Shown: positions 43,201-55,320 of the stretch, in pieces | Position numbering within the stretch: the first letter of the stretch is position 1 | Layout: each line of letters begins with the position of its first letter | Assembly: GCF_030144855.1 (NCBI RefSeq) | Contig: NC_082732.1 | Coordinates: 26,412,001-26,476,000, forward strand | Length of the DNA: 64,000 nt | Origin: Hypanus sabinus | Taxonomy: Eukaryota | Direction of reading: 5' to 3' | Position numbers and translations under genes: made by a program | The notes under the pieces: model-generated | Seen by the model: the letters and a program-made list of their open reading frames with translations, nothing else | The model's database searches: none | Told to the model about the DNA's origin: nothing

Positions 43201-45583
43201 AGTTCTTCTGCAGGATTCCCTAAAGGTTAATTTTCAGGTTGAGGCTGGGGTGGGAAAGGCAAATGGGGTATTAGCATTCATTTCAGGAGAACTAGAATAT
43301 AAAAGGAAGGATGTAATGTTGAGACTTTATAAAGCACTGGTGAGGCATCACTTGGAGTATTATATGCAGTTTTGGGCCCCTTATCTTATAAAGGATGTAC
43401 TGAAAAGGGTTCAAAAGAGGCTCAGAAAAAGATTCCAAGATTGAATAAGCTTGTCATATGAAGAGCAATTGATGGCTTTGGGTCTGTATTCACAAGAGTT
43501 CAGAAGAATGAGGAGTGTCCTCAGCAAAACCTATTGAATGATGAAATACCTTGTCAGAGTGAATGTGGAGAGGATGTTTCCTATGGTGGAAGAGTAAGAC
43601 TAGAGCACACAGCCTCAAAATGGAGGGAAGTCTTTTTACAGCAGAGATGAGTAGGAATTTCTTTAGCCATAGAAAGGTGAATCTGAGGAATTATTTGCCA
43701 CAGGCAGTTGTAAAGGTCAAGTCTCCATGTATTTTTAAGGCAGAGGTTGATAGATTCTTGATTGTTCAGGGCATGAAGAGATATGGGGAGAAGGCTGGAG
43801 ACTGGAGCTGAGAGGAAAACTGGATCAGCCATGATGAAATGGCAGAGCAGACTCAATGGGCCAAATGGCCTAATTCTGCTCCTATATCTTATGATCTTTC
43901 GCTGGTTTGGGTAAAATAGACTGGATTTGCCATAGTGCATAATATGCAGACAGGCTAACTAGAGGAGAGTTCATACTGGATCAAGGACTAAGCAATGAAC
44001 CTCTGGTCAGATGATAGATCTCTTGGTGGGTAAGCTTTTCAGATATAGTAAATGGTTGGATAAATAGATGGATTAAAAAAAAGTTAGCACAACATTGTGG
44101 GCCAGAGGACCTTCACTGTGCTGTACTATTCTATATGTAAAGTCATTAGTGCTCACAGATCAAAAACAGGCAGATGAAATGTAGTAGAAGAACCCTTCAC
44201 TAAATGGGCTACAGTTATCCATCACATTACAATGTTGTTGCAACAACATTCTTCCAAATGACTATTGTCTATTTCTTGTGTAGGTGAGGAGACTGAGCCA
44301 CTCAGTAAATAAAGAACACCAAGTCTCCACTCCACAGCATTATTTTCTGTAGAATCTTAAATATACTGAGACAAAAATAAGACAAGAGGCCTCCAAAAGC
44401 CATGTGAGTAGCAATAATGTAAAGTAGAAAGTAACTGGTAGTGCTGATACAAACAGTTCCACATTCTGACAAAATTTCTCTCACCTTCTCGATCAAAGGC
44501 TTGATACAGTGCAGAGTATCCTGAATGTATTGGTTAAGCTCTGGGTGACATGACATCTACAGATAAGCACAGTATTCAAAGAGTAAGTAAAGGCTCATTC
44601 AGCAAAATACTGCCATTACTCGTCTTCAAAAGCACAAAACCCCTAAAGAGTAGTTTACACAAAACTAAACTCTAGAGTTACAATTTTTTGTTTTAATATT
44701 TGCTATTTTTATTAAGCAGAATTTGGTGTAACTGGCAAAGACAGCATATATTGTCTTTTTCCCAACTGGCCTTACATGTTGGGAGCCACTTTCTTGAATT
44801 GCCACTGTGATTCTGCTGAAGTTACTCCCACTACCATGTTTTGAGAGAGAATTCCAGGATTTATATCCGAAGGTTAAATAAAATAAAAGCTCTAAGATTC
44901 CAAGTCAGGTTGGTATATGACTTGAAGAGGAATCTGAAAGCAGTGATGCTCCCACGCATTTGCAGCTTTACAAAGCACAGTAGTTATGTGTTCAGTTTCC
45001 AAAGTAGCCTAAACTTCAAATCTCTACCTCAGAACAATATCCCCTTTGCAATGTTTCTGCTTACTCACCTGTACAGGTACGTTGTACTTCTTCCTCTTCT
45101 GAAAGATACCAATTGGATACACCTCCCTGACGTACAAAATCAAATGAATAGCCACTTCCAGAAATTCACAGAGTACATCTGCAACCACTGGAGAAAGAAA
45201 AGATCTGCAGTTCACTGGGTATAAGATCATGGCGGTGCAGTTTACAGTGTGCAGCCTGGAAACCAGGCAATGGAAACAGGAACAGCATACAACATTTACA
45301 ATATATCCCACTAAAGGATTTAACCCCCTTGGGCTAGGGAGAGATTTCTACTCCTTATCACAATCTGAAAATTTATGCATTGTCATCAGGATCAATGACT
45401 GTCCAACAATCTCCCTAGCAAACTACCCATTTGCAGGGATAGAATTAAAAACAAACAAATGACCAGGAAAAAAAATCTATTTAGCATCTAAGATTCATAC
45501 AAAGCAGTACGAGTTGCTTTGGTTAAAATATTTAAAACTGCACCTTGTCCAAAATTGAGATCTTGTCGTGTGAGAGTGGCCAT
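31276..45583 (-). CDS. MAD2L2: MAD2B/REV7 HORMA protein (Pol zeta and shieldin subunit), 8 coding exons, 211 aa
   Basis: Exons 45583-45544, 45187-45069, 44556-44485, 38433-38333, 36638-36544, 33400-33327, 31764-31672, 31317-31276. All introns are GT-AG (636 nt). Translation: [38 protein letters not shown]...[11 protein letters not shown]...DFPWI...[25 protein letters not shown]. An acceptor 12 nt upstream of the ATG implies a non-coding exon 1. Confidence 0.97.
31890..33075 (+). mobile_element. Old CR1 fragments (3' end, then an ORF1 esterase-like piece)
   Basis: [17 protein letters not shown], followed by RRFCG...[13 protein letters not shown], which is similar to 38850-39350. Confidence 0.65.
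35470..35950 (+). mobile_element. CR1 3' fragment
   Basis: [12 protein letters not shown] plus a CR1 3' UTR (...GGGCCAAATAGCCTAATTCTGCTC). Confidence 0.75.
38840..43895 (+). mobile_element. Long degenerate CR1 LINE (ORF1 esterase-like, APE endonuclease, partly deleted RT), interrupted by a Penelope element
   Basis: ORF1-like [13 protein letters not shown]...EVVVHIGT. Endonuclease motifs VGIIESWL and LGDFN. RT motif AKFADD. 3' UTR ends near 43890. Confidence 0.85.
40744..42558 (-). mobile_element. Penelope-like retroelement, 5'-truncated, with inverted terminal repeats
   Basis: GIY-YIG endonuclease remnant IYCIRC...LYIGET (41071-41364) and RT C-terminal remnant FFKERGFP...LVLTYHP. An inverted repeat of ~400 bp spans ~40745-41152 versus ~42131-42522. 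~16-bp TSD GCTGGATTGATAGTAA/GCTGGACTGGTAGTAA. Confidence 0.88.
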
Positions 45584-45749
45584 CTTCACAAATACCTAGA
45601 GAATATAATAATTGGTCAGAACAGCACGATTTAATAAAACCAGTAGAATCAGAATCAGGTTTGTTATCATGAAATGTGTTAACTTAGCAGCAGCAGTTCA
45701 ATGCAATACATAATATGGAAAGAAAATAAACAAATAAATAAATTATAAG

Positions 45750-46084
45750 ATGAGAGGAGACATGATAGAGGTGTACAAGATATTAAGAGGAATAGATAGA
45801 GTGGACAACCAGCACCTCTTCCCCAGGGCACCACTGCTCAATACAAGAAGACATGGCTTTAAGGTAAGGGGTGGGAAGTTCAAGGGGGATATTAGAGGAA
45901 GGTTTTTTACTCAAAGAGTGGTTGGTGCATGGAATGCACTGCCTGTGGAGGCAGATACACTAGTGAAGTTTAAGAGACTACTAGACAGGTATATGGAGGA
46001 ATTTAAGGTAGGGGGGGCATATGGGAGGCAGGGTTTAAAAGTTGGCACTACATTGTGGGCCAAAGGGCTTGTACTGTGCTGTTC
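45750..46084 (+). mobile_element. CR1 3' fragment (target of the Tc1 insertion)
   Basis: RGDMIEVYKILRGIDRV...FFTQRVVGAWNALP plus a 3' tail that ends at the TA target. Confidence 0.85.
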
Positions 46085-46086
46085 TA

Positions 46087-47672
46087 CAAACTCCATTTCC
46101 AGAAAAGTTGGGATATTTTCCAAAATACAATAAAAACAAAAATCTGTGATGTGTTAATTCACGTGAACCTTTATTTAACTGACAAAAGTACAAAGAAAAG
46201 ATTTTCAATACTTTTACTGACCAACTTAATTGTACTTTGTAAATATACACAAATTTAGAATTTGATGGCTGCAACACACTCAACAAAAGTTGGAACAGAG
46301 GCATGTTTACCATTGTGTTACATCACCTTTCCTTTTAATAACACTTTTTAATCATTTTGGAACTGAGGATACTAATTGTAGATTTGCAATTGGAAATTTT
46401 GTCCTTTCTTGCTTGACACAAGACTACAGCTGCTCAACCCTCCGTGGTCTCCATTGTCTAATTCTCCTCTTCATGATGCGCCATACATTTTCAATAGGAG
46501 TTAGATCTGGACTGGCAGCAGGCCAGTCAAGCACACGCACTCTGTGTCTACAGGGCCACGCTGTTGTAGCCTGTGCAGAATGTGGTCTGGCATTGTCCTG
46601 CTGAAATAAGCATGGACGTCCCAGGAAGTGACGTCGCCTTGATGGCAACATATGTCTCTCTAAAATCCTAATATACACCTCAGAGTCAATGGTACCTTCA
46701 CATACATGCAACTCACCCATGCCGTGGGCACTGATGCACTCCCATACCATCATAGATGCAGCCTTTTGCACCTTTCGCTGTTAACAATCAGGATGGTAGT
46801 TTTCACCTTTGGCTTGGAGAACACGACACCTATTTTTTCTGAAAACTGGATGAAATGTGGACTCATCTAACCACAGCACACGGTTCCACAGTCTTTCGGT
46901 CCACCTGAGATAAGTCCACCAGAGAACTCACCGGCATTTCTGCATAGAGTTGATGTATGGCTTCCTCCTTGCGTAATAGTTTCAAGTTGCATTTCTGGAT
47001 GCAGCGACAGACTGTGTTAAGTGACAATGGTTTTCCGAAGTACTCCCATGCCCAGGTGGCTATAATTGTCACAGTAGCATGACGGTTTCTTAGGCAGTAC
47101 TGCATGAGGGCTTGAAGATCACGTGAGTTCAACAGTGGTTTCTGACCTTGCCCTTTACGCAGTGAGATGTCTCTGAATTTTTTCGCAATATTATGTACTG
47201 GAGATGTTGAAAGACCTAAATTCTCTACAATCTTGCATTGAGAAATGTTCCTTTTGAACTGACTAACAGTTCTCTCACAAATTTTGGCACAAAGGGGTGA
47301 ACCACACCCATCCTCGCTTGCAAAGACTGAGCCTTTAATGGATGCTACTTTTATACCCAGTCATGATACCTCACCTGCTACCAATTAACCTGCTTAATGT
47401 GGAGTCTTCCAAACCGGTGTTACTTGAATATTCTGTGCACTCTACAATCTTATTTTAACTCTGTCCCAACTTTTGTTGAGTGTGTTGCAGCCATCAAATT
47501 CTAAGTTTGTGTATATTTACAAAGTACAATTAAGTTGGTCAGTAAAAGTATTGAAAACCTTTTCTTTGTACTTTTGTCAGTTAAATAAGGGTTCACGTGA
47601 ATTAACATATCACAGATTTTTGTTTTTATTGTATTTTGGAAAATATCCCAACTTTTCTGGAAATGGGGTTTG
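46087..47672 (-). mobile_element. Tc1 DNA transposon, IR/DR type, 1586 bp
   Basis: TA duplication at 46085-46086 and 47673-47674. Near-perfect TIRs of ~210 bp start CAAAC(T/C)CCATTTCCAGAAAAGTTGGGA and carry an inner direct repeat AAAAGTTGG. Confidence 0.95.
46307..47311 (-). pseudogene. Disrupted Tc1 transposase (DD34E)
   Basis: FQQDNARPH...WPAASPDLTPIENVW with 34 residues between D and E. The N-terminal HTH region has frameshifts and stops. Confidence 0.9.
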
Positions 47673-48239
47673 TATAGTATAGTTTGGACTATGTAGCGCC
47701 TCTAGGATGAACTTTATTTGTCATGTACATTTACACGGATCAGAAAGTTGCTGTGGTGTGTTGGTGTTACAAAAAAAATACAACAATTCTACAAAATAAA
47801 GAATTATATAAAAATAAAGTCTGAAATAGATATGGAATAAAATGTGCATAAATACATACTTAAATGTGCATGTATTTACACTGTAGAAAATCCTCAAGAC
47901 ACTTCAAAGGAGCGGTTGTCAATATTTATTGGAAGGAAAAGGAGGGAAAACTAATTCCAAATTACATCATATTCGCTTTTGAAATATTGAATTTGCATTC
48001 AACAAAGATCGGAAGAAGCTATTTGAATTCCATTCCTGACGGTGTTGCTCTCCCAGCCAAAATTCACAGAGTGTACGGTGGTGTGAATGATTAACATGTG
48101 GTTAGGATCAGTGATGTGAAGCTTCTGTAACAAAGGAGAGCCGGTGAAGCGTACAGAATTATTTTCTGATATGTTGAGGCGTGCTAGAGGGAGATCGCAG
48201 TCAGATAAGGAGTGACCTCGGTCTTCATCTTCCCCCTCT

Positions 48240-48710
48240 TATTCGGAGCACCAACTCTCCGCTCACGGTCGACAACCCCAGTGTTTACTCCATCCGCAGC
48301 TCCCCTTCACCCCGGTCCCGCCTGTCACCGGCCTAGGCCGCGACCTGAGGGCCCACCCGAGCACGACCGGGCTAGGCCGTGAACTGCCAACCCCGCCAAG
48401 CACGACCGACCTGAGCCTCCCCTCCCATGCCGAGACGACAACCATTAACCAGCCGCTCTCGAAACTGACCTCCAGCCAGGGGTACCGCGTCCACTTGAGT
48501 TGACACTGTGCGTCGTGACGTCACCAGCATGCGTGCCCGTCCGATCAGCTGGACGGCGAGGAGCCCCGCCCCGCTTCTGGCCACGCCCCTGAGCCTCCGT
48601 CACCGTCGGTCAACCGGAGCTCAGCCACAAGTTCCGGGCCCTTTACTGCAGTGGGAACGCGGTGCAGGATGCAAGGAGTTCACGACCGTGTCAGCCCGAC
48701 ACCGGTAAAG
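48240..48710 (-). promoter_or_regulatory. CpG island, probable MAD2L2 promoter and non-coding exon 1
   Basis: High CpG density ~2.7 kb upstream of the first coding exon. Perfect CRE TGACGTCA at 48516-48523, GC boxes CCCCGCCCC and CCACGCCCC at ~48564-48589, and a candidate minus-strand donor GTGAGC at 48266. Confidence 0.7.
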
Positions 48711-49139
48711 AAAAGAGAAGAAACTAGAATATGACAGAAAACTAGCAAGATGCCTAAATAGATTATGAAAACTAATTTTGCATTAAAAATCAGAGAATGC
48801 GGGTCTTTACAGCTGAGGTGAGGTTTGTAAATAAATGGAAGTGGAGATTCGCTACAAATACTTATGTCTTTATTTATAGCTAAAGACAGAGAAGGCATCG
48901 GTTTAATTTCGGTTTATCTTCAGTGTCTTGTGATTAACTATGATACGGTTGCAATATAATGTAGAGTAGAAGGGCGAAAGATAAGTTTAGTAACAATATA
49001 AAGCTCCTAAGGAACTTGATGAAGTAAATGGGATAGTTCTCCTAATTTGCAAGTTAAAAATCAAGGTCTCCGAAGAAGGGATCAGTTATGGATCGAGATC
49101 AAGGCTTTAAGTGACAGAGGTGCGGTTTGTGAAGCCTTT

Positions 49140-49410
49140 GTCTCATTGTAACAGAAACCCGGGTTCACACATTCCAAGTTTGCACATTTTCCCTGTGACA
49201 GCGTGGGTTCGCTCCGGGTTCTCCGGTTTCTTCCCATATACTAAAAACGGGTAAATAGGTATATAAACCACTGTGGGTTGTCCCTAGTGTGTAAGTGAGC
49301 GGCAGGATCCTGGGAAGGTTGATGAGAACGTGGGGGGAACATAAAAAGAATTACCATATGATTCGTGGAAATGCGTGGTTGCTGACCCGCTGGCCGAAGG
49401 GCTGCATCTT
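49140..49410 (+). mobile_element. V-SINE-like element
   Basis: TTTGCAC...CCCTGTGACAGCGTGGGTT...CCGGGTTCTCCGGTTTCTTCCCA core followed by a CR1-like GGCCGAAGGGC tail. Confidence 0.6.
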
Positions 49411-50044
49411 TCTTTGACTTTATTGAAAAGGAGTCTTTGAAATTACATGAGAGGAATACGAATCAGTTATAAAAATGCAAGAATGGGTCCTACAGGAATA
49501 AAAGGTTTTAGAATGGCAATGGGACGATTGGGTTTAGGTGGAATATCATCCATAATCTTGCTGAATGATGGAGTAGTCTCAAAGGACTATAAGCACGTCA
49601 GATCCATTTTTAATTTTGTAGTTTCGAGGGGGGGGGGATACTTAAAAATAATCCGAGCAGGTGATAATGTAAAATATTGCAATTGTGCGTCCTGCTTTCG
49701 TCACCTTCTCAAAGCAACTTCAATTGAATCTGGACAACTTCTATGAATATGCTGTTCGGGCATCTCTCCAATGGTTGCTTGGGCATTCTACAGGGGAAAC
49801 GTTCTGCCTTTCCTTCAGCTTCCCTCTATCCTCGTCTCTTCTCTTCAATTCAGTATTTCTGCGATAAAAGGTTCATTATCTTCTTGACAGTTAGGGTCGT
49901 CTAACTTTTCCCTGAACAACCTCCCTCTTGAGGTAAAGCAGCTAATTCTCCAGTAACTTCATCTATTCACTAAGTCAAGCAACATGAAAACGGGCCCTTT
50001 CAGACCTCAGTGTTTGTGTCAGCTGTCCAGTATCTATCTATACT

Positions 50045-50570
50045 AACAGGTGCATAGTGCTGGAGAAACCCAGCAGGTCAGGCGGCGTCGATGGAGAAGA
50101 ATAAACAGTCGATGTTTTCGCCTTCTTCGGGACTGGAATGGAAGGGGGAAGACGCCAAAATAAAAAGGCGAGGGGAACGGGAAGGAAGATAGTTAGAAGG
50201 TGGTAGCTGAGGCCAGGTGGGTAGGAGAAATAAAGGGCTGGAGGAGAATGAATCTGATGGGAGGGGAGTATGGGCCACAGGAGAAAGGGAAGGAGGAGGG
50301 GACCCAGGCGGACGCGTTAGGCCGGTGAGAAGAGGTAGGAAGCCGGAATGGGAGATAGAAGAAGAAGGCTGGGGAAGGATTTTTTTTAACTGAGAGGAGA
50401 GTTCCATATATTAATGCCATAGGTTGGAGGAGACCCAGTCGGAATATAAGGTGTTGCTCCTCCACCCTGAGTGGGAGCCTCAGCTTGGCAGGAGAGGAGA
50501 CCATGGACCGACATGTCGGAACGGGAATTGGAATCGGAATTAAAAATGTTTGGCCACTGGGAAGTTATGG
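50045..50570 (-). mobile_element. Penelope-like 3' fragment
   Basis: EEQHLIFRLG.LQP GIY-YIG C-terminus, a pyrimidine-rich UTR and a degenerate hammerhead-bearing terminus. Confidence 0.7.
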
Positions 50571-51010
50571 AACGGAAGTACGGTACTCAACGAAGCAGTC
50601 CCTGTAGTATCCGGACTAATCTCATCCCAGCAATCTGCGATGTGGCATTTTTAATTCTAATTTAGTTGCTTCGCAAATATTATGAGAATACATGCCTCCT
50701 CTGCCCTTCAAATACCCCAAATGAAGTTTCACTTCATTGGCTGTTGAAATTGAGCATTGTGTATTGAATTTTTACTGCAGTGGCAATACATTTGGAATGC
50801 ACGGAGTGAAAAGATGACGGAAGAATATCCAGTTGGGACCTTCAAAAAAGAACTGAATAAATATTTAAAAAGGGAAAACACAGAGTACCTGGGAAAGAGG
50901 CAGTGAGTGAGCTCCCTGATTGGACAGTTCAATTAAAGACCTCGGTACCGCGCCATTCCACTATTCAAAGATTTGCAGAATGGAGAGCAAGCCAACGACT
51001 AAATAATAAA

Positions 51011-51136
51011 CAAGAGGAAATCTGCAGATGCTGGAAACCCAAGCAACACACACAAAAAGCTGGGGGAACTCATCAGGCCGGGCAGCATCTATGGGAAAGA
51101 GTACAGTCAACGTTTCGGGCCGAGACTCTCTTGCAG
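51011..51136 (-). mobile_element. Solo Penelope-like terminal repeat with flanking duplication
   Basis: Homologous to 19030-19166. Flanked by the exact direct repeat GACTAAATAATAAA (50997-51010 and 51137-51150). Confidence 0.78.
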
Positions 51137-51299
51137 GACTAAATAATAAATCACGTTTTCCTCTGTTTTGCTGATATTTTAAGACAATTAAATAATTTGA
51201 TAAATTAAACGTCTATGTTGCCGAGGGAGACTAAAAGAAGCCGTTAATATAAGGTTCAGATTGGTAAAGACCTCCGCACCCCCACCCCCGCGGTACAAT

Positions 51300-51750
51300 T
51301 TTAGATGAATTTCAGGATCTTAACTAAGGAGCACCATTGAGAGCGTCCCGACACGCGGCATCTCCACCTGATCCGGGAGCAGCAGAACACCGGACCGGAA
51401 ATCCCTACAAAGGACCGTGAGAACGGCTGAGAGGATCATGCGGGCGGGGTGGGGGGTCTCCCTACCAGCTATTGGGGGCATTTATCAGGAGCGCTGCGTA
51501 CCCAGGGCCCTTGGTATTATCAAGGATCCCACCCCCATCCATCCAGCATCCTCCCTGACATTCTACCATCAGGCAGGAGATTCCGTTGCGTAAAGACAAC
51601 AACGATCAGGATGTACAGTTTCTTCCCTCGGTTTTAATTCTTTTTGTGTTTTATGCGTACCACCGTGCTTCACACCCTGGTTCGGAGAAACCTGTTTGGG
51701 GGTGTACATGCACCTGTATATCGTTAAAGGACAATAAACTTGACTTGAGA
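51300..51750 (+). mobile_element. Rex-Babar-like LINE 3' fragment
   Basis: Remnants of STIESV, LPSGRRFR...SFFP, then AATAAA and an (ACTTG)n tail. Confidence 0.65.
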
Positions 51751-52074
51751 AAGTTGAGGAAACAGGCATAACAGAATGGAGGCATATGCTGATACGGGAA
51801 ATTGAAAAGCGGTGGAGTAGTTCCTGTATAAACCTTGACTTCCAGGGCAGATAAAGTGAACCGAATGGTTTGTATTTGTACAGATTAGTTCAACATGATT
51901 ACTTTTAGTTAGAGAAACATAATCAAAATCACTACCGTTTAACCCCCCCCTCCCATTGCCATTTAAGTATTCCAACCCTTAAACGGGTTTAAGGAAAGGC
52001 GTTGCCCATACAGTTGCTTCTGTGTTGCATTTTAAAATTTTCTCCTTACAGTTTACTACAGATACATAAAATAA

Positions 52075-52200
52075 ATACACACAATGCTAGAAGAACTCAG
52101 CAGGTCAGGCAGCATCTATGGAGAGGGATAAACAACCGACTTTTCAGGCCGCGACCCTTCATCGGGACTGGAAAGGCAGGGGAAGAAGCCAGAATCTCGG
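52075..52200 (-). mobile_element. Penelope-like terminal repeat fragment
   Basis: ATGCTAGAAGAACTCAGCAGGTCAGGCAGCATCTATGG...CCCTTCATCGGGACTGG matches the other copies. Confidence 0.65.
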
Positions 52201-53677
52201 CTATCTGACAGCCGCGTCAGCTCTGATGTTACACAACTTCCTGAGTTAACGGTACCTACGATCTACGGCAACTTCCCTTTCTGCTTATATCAATTTGAAC
52301 GAAAACATTTTTTAAAAATTTGCAATCGCATTCAACTGCTAAGCCTGAACATTAGGATTGTGTTCCCGTGTTCCGGACTCTCGATCATCGTACTTTAACA
52401 GACCCATCTCTCCTGGTCAGGCCCATTCCAATAAATTGTTTCTGGGCTAATGAATCACGGATCTAGAGTACAATTTGTGTGATGGTGCACCCTCATTATA
52501 GCCTCTCTCCTAACTGAAACCAATATGCCATTAATCCTTGCGGTTTTTGCGCTAACTGATTAGCCTTTTATTTTTTTGAACTGAGTAACTATCCTCTCAA
52601 ATCTCTTTGTTCATCTGTCCTCAATCGTCCTTTTATTAGACTCCCATGACAGCACAGTACTCACTGTGAGCTACGTGAAACTGTATCTGCTACCGTTTGT
52701 CCACTCTCATCTAACAGTCTATTTATAGCGCAAACCCCTTCCAGCTCTTGTTTTCCAAGACATTTCTTGGGTTTATTTGCATATTTCCAAAATATTTCAG
52801 ACATTCCGTTCTTGCACCCGTTACCTGGGCGACCACACTTGTCACAGTCGCCAAACTGATAACGCTTCTACAGATCTAACGTTTCCCATCCACGCTCTCT
52901 TCAGTTGCGTTGCTTCTCGTGTTGACCAACCCCTTCAACCCTCTCCATTCACCTTCAAGATAAAAAAAAACATTGTTTGGCCACGACCTCCACACACCCC
53001 AATTCCTATCTTCATTTCTACTTTACTGTATCTCTTGTGACATTTCTTTATTCGTTCTGTTCGTGCCCGCCCCTGTCTATCGCTGACATCATAGTCGGGA
53101 ACGCGCCAGGGAGCGCGGATGCTTATTCCTTTCCCAGTCTGTGAGATATTGAATCTTCGGTTCTATCTGGTTGCCGGAGTGGCAGCTCTCCATGCCCTGA
53201 GCCCAAGAAACAGACAGGTAGGAAGGAGAGTGTCCGGGTCAGCATGGTGTTCGGTGCCGAACGACGCCTTTGACTGTTATTCGGCTCGTGTCGCATCTCA
53301 AAGCACCTGCAACTCAACTGTGAATGGCTCTTTGACCATTTTCGGAATGATTTCTATTTATTGGAGACCGCATACAGGCAATGTGTGTGTGTGTGAATGT
53401 CTGTTTGTCAGTGGGTACATATATCTGTCAATGTATATATATGTATATATGTTCTCGCTCTCTCGAGTCGGTTGGTCTATCTGTAAATCCTTTGCTTCCA
53501 AACTAAAAAAAGGGAGTCCAAGATGTTTGTCAATCATTGAGCATCAGTTGCCTTGTTAAAATGATCGATTTGATTGTCGGTAGTTTGCTTACATTGGGAA
53601 AGGATTGTTTTCTCTCTGTTGAAGTGCTGGGGATTTTGTTCTGTAGCGGTCGAAGTTTGAACCTTGGATGTTGGTAT

Positions 53678-53869
53678 TGTGTTTGTGTGTGTATGTGTGT
53701 GTGTGTGTGTGTGTGGTGTGTATGTACGCGTATGTGAGTGTGTATGTTGTGTGTGTGTGTGAGTAAGTGACTGTGTGTGAGTGAGTGAGTGCGTGTGTTT
53801 GTGGTGTGTTTATGTGTGAGTGCGTGTGTGTTTGTGGTGTCTGTGTGTGTATGTATGTACGAGTGTATG

Positions 53870-53900
<31 letters not shown>

Positions 53901-53925
53901 CGTGAGTGTTTGTGTGTGTGTGTGT
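53678..53925. repeat. Compound (GT)n microsatellite
   Basis: About 250 bp of interrupted GT/GTAT/GAGT repeats. Confidence 0.95.
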
Positions 53926-54047
53926 TTGTTACATACTAGGGCATTAGACGGCGGGACCTTGGCAGAACATTCAACATTTGACCAGTCGCTGGGGGATACA
54001 TGCCTGTGAAACTTGGAAAACAATGCTTTGTGATTCTGATTGGTGGC

Positions 54048-54160
54048 GGGGGGGGGGGGGGGGGGAGCTGAAGCTCGGTAGCTGATGGCGGAGATGATTT
54101 TGGAGAGGTGGAATTTTCGGAGGTGAGGTGGGGAGGGGGTTTGGGGTGGGGGGGGGGCGG
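54048..54160 (+). repeat. Poly-G (G18) and G-run cluster
   Basis: G18 at 54048-54065 and several further G runs at 54130-54160. Confidence 0.85.
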
Positions 54161-55320
54161 TGTTGCGGGTAGGGCGCCGGTGTTGTATGTATACAATGGA
54201 AGATGCTGCAAATTGCTGGAAGAAATGTTCGGTCCTGCAGCAGATGGGAGTTGAGAGACTGTCCCCTCGGGAAGTTGTAATTAATTAATATTATCCCCGT
54301 GGGCTGGGGAAGTATTAGTTAAAGAATTGAGATGTTAAATTTACATACATTTCAGAATATGGCCACTCTTTCAAATCTACTACCTTCGCGGCGTTTTGCA
54401 TACTCACTTTCTATTTTAATATAAAAACTATTGTGCGGTGTTGTATTGTGTTCGTTTGTCATGGTTTCGAAAGCCTAGTCTCCTGATTCATCAATCACAT
54501 TGATTTTTTCTCCCTTCTAAATTTACCCCACCCCCTACTATGGGCTACAGTTCCATGCATGCATTAGCTCAGCCACCATATGTCCCGGAGTGGGATCACC
54601 CGTGACACAAGCACCCGTGCTCGTTTTATGCACGGGTACATGTGCATTTTCTAGTTGGAAGCATTGAATACTATCCAGGGCAAAATGCCCCACCTGATTT
54701 TCCTCTCCCTGACTCTAGGGAAATAAATATTAGTGTTGTGGTTACAACAGTGGATGCTGCTCTGTATTGTTTGTATGTGCATGACTGATATTTATTCTCC
54801 TTGCATTGGGAGGAAACTACCGCAATTATTTTTAATGCAGGACAGCCAGGTGCAGATGATGCTGAGAGCATTGTATAGCTGAGCTCTGGATGTAGTGGTC
54901 AGTTTTTACCAACTCCCCCCTCCTACCACCCCCCACTTTGACACTGCTTTCTCGAAGGCACCATCTGTCACTGGGGAATGGGTCCTGCAGGCATTATTGC
55001 ATAACAACCGAGTTGGTTTTCCCCAGTTTTAGCGTCATCTAAGGACGCTATGATAAATTGGATTTCTCCCATAATCATTCCAATAACATCAGCTGGAACT
55101 AAATGGTATTTGAACTCCTAACCCTTTTCAGCAGCTGAGGTACAATGCCCACTAAACTATAGCATCTAAACCACTGGGAGTGTTTTGTTTATCTGGAGCT
55201 GAACAGAGGTAAGTGTGATTAATCTGTGCCTGAATGTTGTACAAACCACAATCAGCATTTGAAATCAGATTTATTGGTTCACCTTGTCTGTTTCTTCTTC
55301 AGCTTAATCGTACAAAGAAA

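Noticed and set aside
47690-47708. CTCF-like site (CCTAGAGGCGCTA on the minus strand)
   Set aside because: It is one base short of the core consensus spacing and cannot be supported without a matrix scan or ChIP.
52130-52172. Other hammerhead copies (here and near 9530, 35300, 37200, 50110, 51120) as active ribozymes
   Set aside because: Each has substitutions or deletions in the CUGANGA/GAAA core or in the stems.
53589-54023. His/Thr-rich and Cys/Val-rich ORFs
   Set aside because: They are translations of the GT microsatellite.
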